Shown here: piece after piece, positions 39,874 to 47,729 of the stretch
Layout of the letters: each line of letters begins with the position of its first letter
Position numbering within the stretch: position 1 is the first letter of the stretch
NCBI GenBank assembly: GCA_016861265.1
Contig: BOLA01000001.1
Coordinates: 395,569 to 459,568 of the forward strand
Origin: Patescibacteria group bacterium
GTDB lineage: Bacteria > Patescibacteriota > Dojkabacteria > J137
Length of the DNA stretch: 64,000 nt
Direction: 5' to 3'
The notes under the pieces: generated by a model
The model's input: the letters and a program-made list of their open reading frames with translations, nothing else
Database searches by the model: none
Told to the model about the DNA's origin: nothing
Position numbers and translations under genes: made by a program

Positions 39874-41070
39874 TTATAATATTTCCCAATCTACCGGCAA
39901 CGATACTGCACCCTGATCCTGATTCTTAAGAAGAATTCTAAACTGATACCTATTAGAGTGGTAATCTAACGTTTCGTTTGTAACTGCATCAAAGATTGCT
40001 GCCGTAATAGCATAATCGTTATCCAGCAAAAAATTATTAGATATTTTAATTTTCACTAACCCACTGTTGTTTGGAGTAATTACAATGTTTCTATTAGTCG
40101 TATTGGTTCCCGTAATATGCAAACCATCCTGTCTATAGATTCCTATACCAAACATTACTTCTTTATGATCAGGTTTATTTACTTTATAGGAGATATCAAT
40201 ATTAATATTTCCAACTTCTTTAAATTCCTTTACAACTTCACCTTTGTCATTCTTTATTTCTATGTTTGTTATTTCTACATCTTTATTACCCCATCTGTCT
40301 TTTTCTGTTGCTTCTTTCACCTGGGGAATAGAAACTTCGTTAATTCTTTTGTATTCTTCCGTAACTAGGTAAGGGTTTCCATCCATTTTTAGTTCGGATC
40401 TATCTACCAGAAGAGCCCTGTCACAGTAGGCCTTAACTGAGTCCATATTGTGACTTATGTATATAATTGTCTTTCCTTCCTTCTTTAATTTTCTTATTAC
40501 ACTAGCTGATTTCTTCTGAAAATTTTCATCTCCAACAGACAAAATTTCATCAAGCAAATATATTTCTGCATTACTTTGAATCGCTATAGAGAATGCCAGC
40601 CTAACCATCATTCCGCTTGAATAGTTTTTTACAGGTACGTCTATAAAATTTCTTAACTCAGCGAAGTCTACAATCTCGTCAAACTTTTCTTCAAGAAAAT
40701 GTCTTGTCATGCCTAATATAGTTCCATTCAAGAAGATATTTTCTCTTCCGCTTAAATCAGGGTTAAAACCCACACCCAATTCTAAAAAGGGCACCATAGT
40801 TCCATTAATCTTAATTGTACTGCCCTTATTCGCGTTATATATTCCTGCGAGAATTTTAAGCAATGTAGATTTTCCACTTCCATTTCTACCAACTATTCCT
40901 ACAAACTCACCTCGTTTAATTTCAAAGTTGATATTTTGCAGTGCCTTAAATTCCCTTGTTTTACCTTGATTAAAAAACGAGGTAAACAATGCTCTTAGTG
41001 TGGATTTCTTATCTTCGTGTATATAAAAAGTCTTATTTAAATTTTGTACTAAAATTGCTGTTTCATTCAT
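39874..41070 (-). CDS. ABC transporter ATP-binding protein, polysaccharide/teichoic-acid exporter type (Wzt/TagH-like) with C-terminal extension domain
   Basis: Walker A GIVGRNGSGKSTLLKILAG, the LSGRE signature and Walker B IYLLDEILSVGD. An extra C-terminal domain of about 150 aa is present, as in Wzt. Confidence 0.8.
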   Translation of the reverse strand: MNETAILVQNLNKTFYIHEDKKSTLRALFTSFFNQGKTREFKALQNINFEIKRGEFVGIVGRNGSGKSTLLKILAGIYNANKGSTIKINGTMVPFLELGVGFNPDLSGRENIFLNGTILGMTRHFLEEKFDEIVDFAELRNFIDVPVKNYSSGMMVRLAFSIAIQSNAEIYLLDEILSVGDENFQKKSASVIRKLKKEGKTIIYISHNMDSVKAYCDRALLVDRSELKMDGNPYLVTEEYKRINEVSIPQVKEATEKDRWGNKDVEITNIEIKNDKGEVVKEFKEVGNINIDISYKVNKPDHKEVMFGIGIYRQDGLHITGTNTTNRNIVITPNNSGLVKIKISNNFLLDNDYAITAAIFDAVTNETLDYHSNRYQFRILLKNQDQGAVSLPVDWEIL

Positions 41071-41071
41071 A

Positions 41072-41869
41072 TTAAAAATATTCTGCGATTTCTCTTACTT
41101 TAACTGTAAAATACGACCAACCCACAACAAATACAATAATACTTGCTATTAAGTATGCAAACATTAATGGAATATTCAGTTGACCATAAATTCCGAATGC
41201 AGCTCTTGCCTGATTTATGATAATTCCTAATGGGTTTGCTGCAATATAATTTGATACACTACCTTCCACTAAATTTGAAGAAATCGAATAGAAGATAGGG
41301 GTTAGCCATTGTAGTAAAAACATTCCCAATTCGAAAACGTTCTTTAAATCCCTTAATTTTATTGTGGCTATACTTGTGAAGAATGAAATTCCTACACCGA
41401 ATATAAATAAGATTATAGATAAGAATATAAAGTAGATTATTGAGAATGGTGTAATTGTAACGTTATTAATTAGAGCAATAATTATAAAGAACACCATATT
41501 AATGGCTAGATTTATAAACGCGCTTATTAATGCACTGAAAATAGCAATCTGCCTAGGGAAACTAACTTTTAGAATTATGTGAGCCCTATCAAGTAGCGAC
41601 ATTTGCCCTAAGATTATCAGTTCGTTAAAAAAGGTGAACATTATAATTCCTAACAGCAAATAGAGTTGATAATTAGGAATCTGAAAATTAGTAATTCTTG
41701 TCCAAACCACATATTGAACTAAGAATTGCGAATAGGGTTTAATTAAGACCCACAACACTCCTAGGGCGGAGTTTTGATATCTCATTTTAAAGCTGGTTTT
41801 AACTAATTCGCTTAGCAGGTCTATTTTATTTTGTGAAAGTAAATTCATATTCGAAATATTATAACTCAT
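41072..41869 (-). CDS. ABC-2 type transporter permease (Wzm/TagG-like)
   Basis: 265 aa with 6 TM helices, lying immediately upstream of the ATPase with a 1-nt gap. Confidence 0.7.
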   Translation of the reverse strand: MSYNISNMNLLSQNKIDLLSELVKTSFKMRYQNSALGVLWVLIKPYSQFLVQYVVWTRITNFQIPNYQLYLLLGIIMFTFFNELIILGQMSLLDRAHIILKVSFPRQIAIFSALISAFINLAINMVFFIIIALINNVTITPFSIIYFIFLSIILFIFGVGISFFTSIATIKLRDLKNVFELGMFLLQWLTPIFYSISSNLVEGSVSNYIAANPLGIIINQARAAFGIYGQLNIPLMFAYLIASIIVFVVGWSYFTVKVREIAEYF

Positions 41870-41919
41870 TTAATACGGTTTTCTATATTTAGGCAATATC
41901 AATATGTTAAATTATATTT

Positions 41920-43278
41920 ATGACCAAAAATTTACATGTATTCAAAAACAGAAAGGAAACATTATTCTTTGTGGTCTTATTCATTATTTCGATTATTTCT
42001 ACTGGGTTGGTTTACGCACTCCACTTTAATGGACCACCTATTAGAAGCGACGGACTAGGCTATTACGTATATCTACCATCAATATTTGTCTACAACGATA
42101 TTTCTATGAACAAATTTATTGATGCCTACTCAAAACACTATAACGATACCCCTACTGATTATTGGAATGGAGTCTATAAATACGAAAATTCAGGCAACTA
42201 TCTGGATAAATACCCCGTGGGTGTCGCAGTGATGTCTTTACCGTTCTTTTTATTAGCCCATTTTGGTACATTAATTATAAGTAATTTCTCTGGTATTCCT
42301 CCGAATGGTTTTACAGATCCCTTGTATCACGCAGCACAAAGCTTTAGTGGCTTATTTTACGCACTACTAGGACTCTTAATTCTAAAAAGAATATTAGATA
42401 AATACTTTAGTTCCAAGTCGGTTTATCTAACTTTGATTGCAGTAACATTCGGAACAAATTTATTTCACTACTTCACATACGATGCAGTGTTTAGTCACCC
42501 CTACTCATTTTTCTTATTTACTTTGTTTATATACTTAACAATTAAATGGTACAGTAATCCCAATAAAATAAATTCAATATTGATTGGTATTACAACAGGA
42601 TTAATAACAATTGTAAGGCCCACAAACTTGGTTATTGTTCTATTTTTCCTTCTTTTTGGTTTAGGCAGCCGCAACACTTTTACGCAGATACAAGAAAGAA
42701 TAAGTCTGTACTTTTATAAGTATAAAAAGATAATACTTATAATAACTTCTGCCCTTTTAGTATTAAGCATACAAATACTTTATTGGTACTTAATAACAGG
42801 AAGATTATTTGTCTATTCTTATACGGATGAATATTTTGATCTGAAAAATCCTCAGATTTTAAACGTATTATTTAGCATTAGAAAAGGGTTTTTCTTTTGG
42901 TCTCCAATTCTTTTATTGTCTATACCCGGATTAATATTTGTTAGGAGAAAACTAAAAGGCTTTAATCTCGCCTTCTTAATTTTCTTTTTTGTAAATGTAT
43001 ATATAGTGTCAAGTTGGTGGAGCTGGTGGTATGGTGGCGGATTTGGAATGCGTGCCCTGATTGAAGTAATACCATTTTTGGCTTTGCCGATTGCAGCAAT
43101 TTTTGAAAAAATATTAGAAATAAGGAATAAAACAAAAAAATACATATTTCTTTTTGTAATAGTAATCTTAATTGTCTTTACAACATACATGATGATTCAA
43201 TACTGGAGGGGATTAGTTCCAATTGACAATCCAGGGATTACAACTGTTATGAATGCCTTGTTAAATAGATATGTTTAA
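41920..43278 (+). CDS. polytopic membrane protein, GT-C-fold glycosyltransferase-like (paralog)
   Basis: 452 aa, more than 10 TM helices. Confidence 0.45.
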   Translation: MTKNLHVFKNRKETLFFVVLFIISIISTGLVYALHFNGPPIRSDGLGYYVYLPSIFVYNDISMNKFIDAYSKHYNDTPTDYWNGVYKYENSGNYLDKYPVGVAVMSLPFFLLAHFGTLIISNFSGIPPNGFTDPLYHAAQSFSGLFYALLGLLILKRILDKYFSSKSVYLTLIAVTFGTNLFHYFTYDAVFSHPYSFFLFTLFIYLTIKWYSNPNKINSILIGITTGLITIVRPTNLVIVLFFLLFGLGSRNTFTQIQERISLYFYKYKKIILIITSALLVLSIQILYWYLITGRLFVYSYTDEYFDLKNPQILNVLFSIRKGFFFWSPILLLSIPGLIFVRRKLKGFNLAFLIFFFVNVYIVSSWWSWWYGGGFGMRALIEVIPFLALPIAAIFEKILEIRNKTKKYIFLFVIVILIVFTTYMMIQYWRGLVPIDNPGITTVMNALLNRYV

Positions 43279-43280
43279 AA

Positions 43281-43304
43281 AATGGAGCCTTTCGACTCCA
43301 TTTT
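43281..43304. terminator. bidirectional intrinsic terminator
   Basis: Hairpin aatggag-cctttcg-actccatt with flanking A and T runs. Confidence 0.55.
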
Positions 43305-43613
43305 TCAAAATATATCAAAAATTTCTCCTAAAATAGATTCCTTCTTTTTATGTTTATAGTGCCCTCCGTTATTGTTTCTGTAGTCATCATCCCGTTTGTC
43401 AAACTTTGGGGAATTATCATAGTTGCTAAATGAAGGCGCATTAGTATTTGAGTACTTTTGCTTTGCCTTATCTTCAACAATCTCAACTAATTTTTCTAAT
43501 TCACCTTTATCTAGCCAAACGCCACCCGATTCAGGACAATATTCAATTTCTATTCCTCCATACGGTAATACCATCTTACGCATCTCAATTTCCGAATTTA
43601 CTGGACTTCGCAT
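43305..43613 (-). CDS. small protein with degenerate zf-TFIIB-like half-motif (CPESGGVWLDKGELEKL)
   Basis: A C-P-x-x-G-G-x-W-L-D-x-G-E-L-x-K motif occurs in TFIIB-type Zn-finger proteins. Only one Cys pair is present. Confidence 0.4.
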   Translation of the reverse strand: MRSPVNSEIEMRKMVLPYGGIEIEYCPESGGVWLDKGELEKLVEIVEDKAKQKYSNTNAPSFSNYDNSPKFDKRDDDYRNNNGGHYKHKKKESILGEIFDIF

Positions 43614-43631
43614 AAATATAGTTGATAATAA

Positions 43632-44465
43632 TTAAAATCTTATATTAAGTAATCGCTCTACTCTTTTTTCGGTAGGTGGATGTGTAGAAAATAACTCAGA
43701 CACCCCCTTAAACTTAAATGGATTTTGAATATATAACGATGCCATTGCTGAATTTACCTGCATAGGATAATTCATTGCAATTGATTCAATTTTTATTAAT
43801 GCATTCGCAAGACCTTTAGGATCCTTGGTAAATCTTGCAGCAGTTTCATCGGCAATATATTCTCTACTTCTTGAAATCGCAAGTTGAAGTATTAGTGCGA
43901 TTATCGGAGCTACTATAATTAATAATAATGAAACAAGTGGGTTTTGATTATCTTCATCATCTCCAAAAATTGCACTAAACATTAAAAAGTCAGTTATAGA
44001 ACTAATTGTTCCTGCAATTACAGCAGCAATAGTTGATATTAAAACATCTCTATTTTTTATGTGCGCTAGTTCATGTGCTAATACTCCCTCAATCTCTTCA
44101 TTATTTAAATTTGTTAATAACCCCGTTGTAAAACACACTGCTGAGTTATTCAGATTTCTTCCAGTTGCAAAGGCATTGGGCTGAATCGCATTCGAAATAT
44201 ACAGACGAGGCATTGGAATTTGCATTCTGTCGGTTAAACTTTTTGTCATTCTAAAAATTTCGGGATAATCATTTTCTGTAATTTGTTGTGCCCTACTTAC
44301 AGCTAATGCAATTTTGTCACTAAAGAAATAAGATACAAAATTTATTACAAGAGAGAAACCAAACATAAGTATAAGTCCATTACTTCCACCAACTAGGTAA
44401 CCAATAGTAACCAGTAAAGCAGTTAAAGCTGAAAGCAACAAACTCGTCTTAAGGTAGGATGTCAT
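43632..44465 (-). CDS. htpX: protease HtpX (M48 zinc metalloprotease)
   Basis: N-terminal TM helices and a HELAHIKNRD (HExxH) motif. 277 aa. Confidence 0.85.
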   Translation of the reverse strand: MTSYLKTSLLLSALTALLVTIGYLVGGSNGLILMFGFSLVINFVSYFFSDKIALAVSRAQQITENDYPEIFRMTKSLTDRMQIPMPRLYISNAIQPNAFATGRNLNNSAVCFTTGLLTNLNNEEIEGVLAHELAHIKNRDVLISTIAAVIAGTISSITDFLMFSAIFGDDEDNQNPLVSLLLIIVAPIIALILQLAISRSREYIADETAARFTKDPKGLANALIKIESIAMNYPMQVNSAMASLYIQNPFKFKGVSELFSTHPPTEKRVERLLNIRF

Positions 44466-44556
44466 TGAGTATTAAATTAAATATTAATACCGCAATTATA
44501 TATTGAGAAAATGAAATTCTTATGAATATTGTTTGTAGGCAAGAACTTTAAGCAAA

Positions 44557-44580
44557 AAAGCAGCATTGCTGCTGCTCTTT
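44557..44580 (-). terminator. intrinsic terminator downstream of hisS
   Basis: Hairpin agcagc-attgct-gctgct, which has a T run in the minus sense immediately after the hisS stop. Confidence 0.55.
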
Positions 44581-44581
44581 T

Positions 44582-45898
44582 TTAGATCTTAATTTCAACC
44601 TGTTCGCCGCTTTTCATATCTTTTAGTAGGTACTTCCCTTCTGCCAGTTCATTTTCCCCTAGTATAACAACATAATCTACACTCATTTTATTTGCCTGCT
44701 CAAGAGCCTTTCCCATCCTTTGAACATCTAAACCTACTTTAACAACATTAGTTTCACTTTTCCTTAGTATCGAAGCAAGTTCCAAAATCTTATTGGTTAA
44801 TTTTTCATCAAGCACAGGTAAGTAGTAAGACTTGTACTCACTTGTTGAATTTTTAAATAATCCGTATTCTTCTAAGAATATTTTGGTTGTCTCATCACCG
44901 GGTGCGAAGCCAACTGCAGGAAATGATTGGCCTCCAAAAATACCTGCTAGCCCGTTGTACCTACCACCACCGAATAAAGATCTAAAACTATCTTCAGTCT
45001 TTAACTGCCCTTTTCTTTTTAGATAGTCGCGCCTATCGTAAACTTCAAAGACCATACCGTCGTAATAATCAAAACCTCGAACCATTGATGGGTTATACTT
45101 TATATATTCGCCCAAACCTAGGGTCTCAAGTTTATTAGCAATCTGCATTAAATCTTTAATGCCTTCATTCTCTTTTAAATAATTTTGATAAACATACTCA
45201 AAAGCATCTTCTTCAAGGTTTAAAAAGTCTAGTAAGATTGTTGTATTGTCAATTTTTGCTCCCACTTCCTGTTTTAATCTTAAAACCAATTCATCGTTGT
45301 TTATCTTTCCGAATTTATCTAGTATCCTTGTTGCCTCTGCTACCTTAGAGACATCTGCTTTTAAGAAATCAGTTACGATTGCTTCTATTAATCTTCGATC
45401 GTTATAGTAAACAATAAATTGATCTTTGGTAGCACCAAATTCCTTCATTATTTCTATAGCAAGTTGAAGTATTTCAACGTCGGCCATTAATGAATTGCTC
45501 CCAAAAATATCACAGTTTAGCTGCCAGAATTCCCGATTTCTACCCTTCTGAGGTTTTTCATTTCTTAGGAAGTTGGCAATAGAAAATAGTCGTAAAGGTT
45601 TAGGTGAACTTTCATAAATTCTACTCACCATTCTAGTTACTGAAGGAGTCATTTCGGGCCTTATTGCTAATTCCCGTCCTGCTCTGTCAGTCATTACCAT
45701 TAATTCCTTTCCTCCCACATCTTCACCGGATTTAGCTCTGTAAACATCCGCGGATTCTATTACAGGAGTAAGATATTCTTCATAACCGAAACTCAGGCAT
45801 ACCTTACGCCAAGTATCAAAGATAAATTTTCTCTTTTTATACTCTTCAGGAAACCAATCGCTTGTGCCCTTTGGGGGCATATTTGATATTGTATTCAT
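44582..45898 (-). CDS. hisS: histidine--tRNA ligase
   Basis: N-terminus PKGTSDWFPEE...FGYEEYLTPVIE and motif 2 ELAIRPEMTPSVTRMV are typical of class IIa HisRS. A C-terminal anticodon-binding domain is present. Confidence 0.85.
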   Translation of the reverse strand: MNTISNMPPKGTSDWFPEEYKKRKFIFDTWRKVCLSFGYEEYLTPVIESADVYRAKSGEDVGGKELMVMTDRAGRELAIRPEMTPSVTRMVSRIYESSPKPLRLFSIANFLRNEKPQKGRNREFWQLNCDIFGSNSLMADVEILQLAIEIMKEFGATKDQFIVYYNDRRLIEAIVTDFLKADVSKVAEATRILDKFGKINNDELVLRLKQEVGAKIDNTTILLDFLNLEEDAFEYVYQNYLKENEGIKDLMQIANKLETLGLGEYIKYNPSMVRGFDYYDGMVFEVYDRRDYLKRKGQLKTEDSFRSLFGGGRYNGLAGIFGGQSFPAVGFAPGDETTKIFLEEYGLFKNSTSEYKSYYLPVLDEKLTNKILELASILRKSETNVVKVGLDVQRMGKALEQANKMSVDYVVILGENELAEGKYLLKDMKSGEQVEIKI

Positions 45899-45930
45899 AT
45901 TTTCAATTTTAACATTTAATAATTAAGTAA

Positions 45931-46002
45931 TAAAAAACCCTCCTTTTCATGGAGGGTTCTAATTTATATAGATATAGAAAAGCACCCTCTTTAAAGAGAG
46001 TG
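45931..46002 (-). promoter_or_regulatory. hisS 5' leader with tandem hairpins: upstream stem (cacucucuuu/aaagagggug) and terminator-like stem-loop (aacccucc-augaaaa-ggaggguu + U run) about 35 nt before the hisS AUG; candidate attenuator
   Basis: Read in the hisS sense, an 8-bp GC hairpin followed by UUUUUUAUU sits just upstream of the start. The 3' arm of the upstream hairpin (agagggug) can pair with the terminator 5' arm (acccuc). Confidence 0.4.
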
Positions 46003-46109
46003 AATATGGTTTATCAATGTATTTACGAATAATCTTTTCACATGCATATTATAGCACTATATTAGAGTTTTCTGGTAAAATCCTGAACTGGTAACTAAGG
46101 AGGTAACTT

Positions 46110-46331
46110 ATGAGATTAATGCTTGTTCAACGAAAAGTGGGTGATCCGACTTTGGAACAGATAGAGCGTAACCCACAAGGTCATGTCGAGCCTGTCGCTA
46201 TTATCGTCGTTAATACCGAACTTACCGATGCCGAGATGAACGAGTTAGGACAATCTGTCCTTGCAATTATTGGCGATAAGCCAGTAAATACCGAGGAACT
46301 AAGAGATTTTTACTCAATGTTCATGGGTTAG
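46110..46331 (+). CDS. small hypothetical protein (73 aa) in GC-elevated islet 3
   Basis: Strong SD AAGGAGGT 7 nt upstream of the ATG. GC-rich codons of about 45% GC. Followed by a perfect hairpin terminator. Confidence 0.5.
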   Translation: MRLMLVQRKVGDPTLEQIERNPQGHVEPVAIIVVNTELTDAEMNELGQSVLAIIGDKPVNTEELRDFYSMFMG

Positions 46332-46336
46332 TCTCG

Positions 46337-46362
46337 GCAGGGCGGAGTTTACTCCGCCCTGC
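46337..46362. terminator. intrinsic terminator, perfect 12-bp GC-rich stem
   Basis: gcagggcggagt-tt-actccgccctgc, which lies between the small ORF on the plus strand and the convergent rsmB-like gene on the minus strand. Confidence 0.65.
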
Positions 46363-46369
46363 ACTAAAC

Positions 46370-47317
46370 TTAGAGTTTTACTATCTTCGCAACATAAAAA
46401 GCGGTAAATTCCTCGGTTGGTAAAACTCGTACAGTTTTTAATAAGTCATTATTAAATTTCTTATTTCTATATTCAAGTTTTCCGGATTGAAGCGAATGCA
46501 GATTTAAATTAATATCCATTAATTTGGCATTACTATTCTTCTTTAAGAACCAGTTCACAACTTCTTCATTTTCTTCAATACTGTAAGTACACGTTGAGTA
46601 AATTAAAGTTCCATTTCTTTTAAGCATTTTAAATGCAGAATTTAGCAATCCTTTTTGGAGTTTTGAGATATCTTTTGCATTCGATAGTTTCCACTCTTTA
46701 AGTGAATCGTGTTCGTTAATATTTATTTTTGATTCGGTTGTACATGGTACGTCTACCAAAACTTTGTCAAAATAATTATTATATTCCGGTTTTATAAAAA
46801 CTAATCTATTAGCATCCGCATTAAAAACATTTACATTTACTACACCATTCTCATTTAAATTTTCCTTCAACTTGAAGAATCGATTTCTATTTTTTTCAAC
46901 CGCGGTTACAAAAGATTGGTTATTTGTTAGTGCTTGAATTAAAGATGTCTTACTTCCAGGAGAAGCACACATATCCAAAATTTTTTCATTTGGTTTGGGG
47001 TTTAGTTCAATAACGGGCAAGGCACTTGAAACTTCTTGAATATATATTAAATGTTTACTAAACGCTTCGGTCCTTGATAACGGAATGGATTCCTTAGTAA
47101 CCAAATAAAAATTACTAACTTCTGTTTGTTTAAAAACAATACCTTCACGGCTTAGCATTTCTAGAGACCGTGCTTTATTTGCATCTATCAAAGTATTAAT
47201 TCTAAAAGTTTTTGCTCTGTTAATTGAGTGTGTTGCAAAAACTTTTTCAAAATCAGAATTATATATTTCTAATAACTTGTTCTTAAAACTTTCTAATTTA
47301 TCTTCGTAGGATTTCAT
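46370..47317 (-). CDS. NOL1/NOP2/Sun-family RNA m5C methyltransferase (RsmB/RsmF-like)
   Basis: DMCASPGSKTS (SAM motif I), DVPCTTE and YSTCT (catalytic Cys motifs) are typical of RsmB/Nop2. Confidence 0.75.
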   Translation of the reverse strand: MKSYEDKLESFKNKLLEIYNSDFEKVFATHSINRAKTFRINTLIDANKARSLEMLSREGIVFKQTEVSNFYLVTKESIPLSRTEAFSKHLIYIQEVSSALPVIELNPKPNEKILDMCASPGSKTSLIQALTNNQSFVTAVEKNRNRFFKLKENLNENGVVNVNVFNADANRLVFIKPEYNNYFDKVLVDVPCTTESKININEHDSLKEWKLSNAKDISKLQKGLLNSAFKMLKRNGTLIYSTCTYSIEENEEVVNWFLKKNSNAKLMDINLNLHSLQSGKLEYRNKKFNNDLLKTVRVLPTEEFTAFYVAKIVKL

Positions 47318-47480
47318 AAAGTATTTATCTATAAAATGATTATCGCTTAAAGTATTAATCTATTCAATAAACATAAAGATTGAAAGTGTTGATAGTCAAC
47401 TATAATAAAGAGACTAGATATTGACATTCATAAGAATTTATTACACACTATATATGTAATAATTTTTTATTTACAAAAAT

Positions 47481-47654
47481 ATGGCAGTTGCAAAAAGAAA
47501 AACTGTTGCAAAGAGAAAACCAGCTGCAAAAAAAGCAGTTAGAAAGGTTGTTGCAAAGAAGAAGACTGTTGCTAAGAGAAAGCCAGCAGCTCGAAAGACT
47601 GTTGCTAAGAAGGCAACTAGAACAACAGCTAAAAGAAAAACTTCAAGAAAATAA
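47481..47654 (+). CDS. lysine/alanine-rich basic repeat protein (histone H1/Hc1-like nucleoid protein), 57 aa
   Basis: The ATG at 47481 gives MAVAKRKTVAKRKPAAKKAVRKVVAKKKTVAKRKPAARKTVAKKATRTTAKRKTSRK*, a stretch of imperfect tandem repeats. The stop is followed at once by a strong terminator. The ORF track offers a different frame at 47488..47793 that runs through the terminator. Confidence 0.5.
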   Translation: MAVAKRKTVAKRKPAAKKAVRKVVAKKKTVAKRKPAARKTVAKKATRTTAKRKTSRK

Positions 47655-47680
47655 TTTCTTAGAAGTTTTTTTTAACGCTA

Positions 47681-47708
47681 AAAAAATCCCTGCTCGCAGG
47701 GATTTTTT
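47681..47708. terminator. bidirectional intrinsic terminator
   Basis: aaaaaa-atccctg-ctcg-cagggat-tttttt hairpin with an A run and a T run. Confidence 0.65.
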
Positions 47709-47729
47709 ATTACTAATATTTTTAGACGC

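Noticed and set aside
45899-46109. T-box riboswitch upstream of hisS
   Set aside because: The leader is only about 150 nt long. I could not find the conserved T-box sequence (AGGGUGGNACCGCG) or a specifier-loop architecture. Only AGAGGGUGC partial similarity is present. I kept it as a generic attenuator candidate instead.
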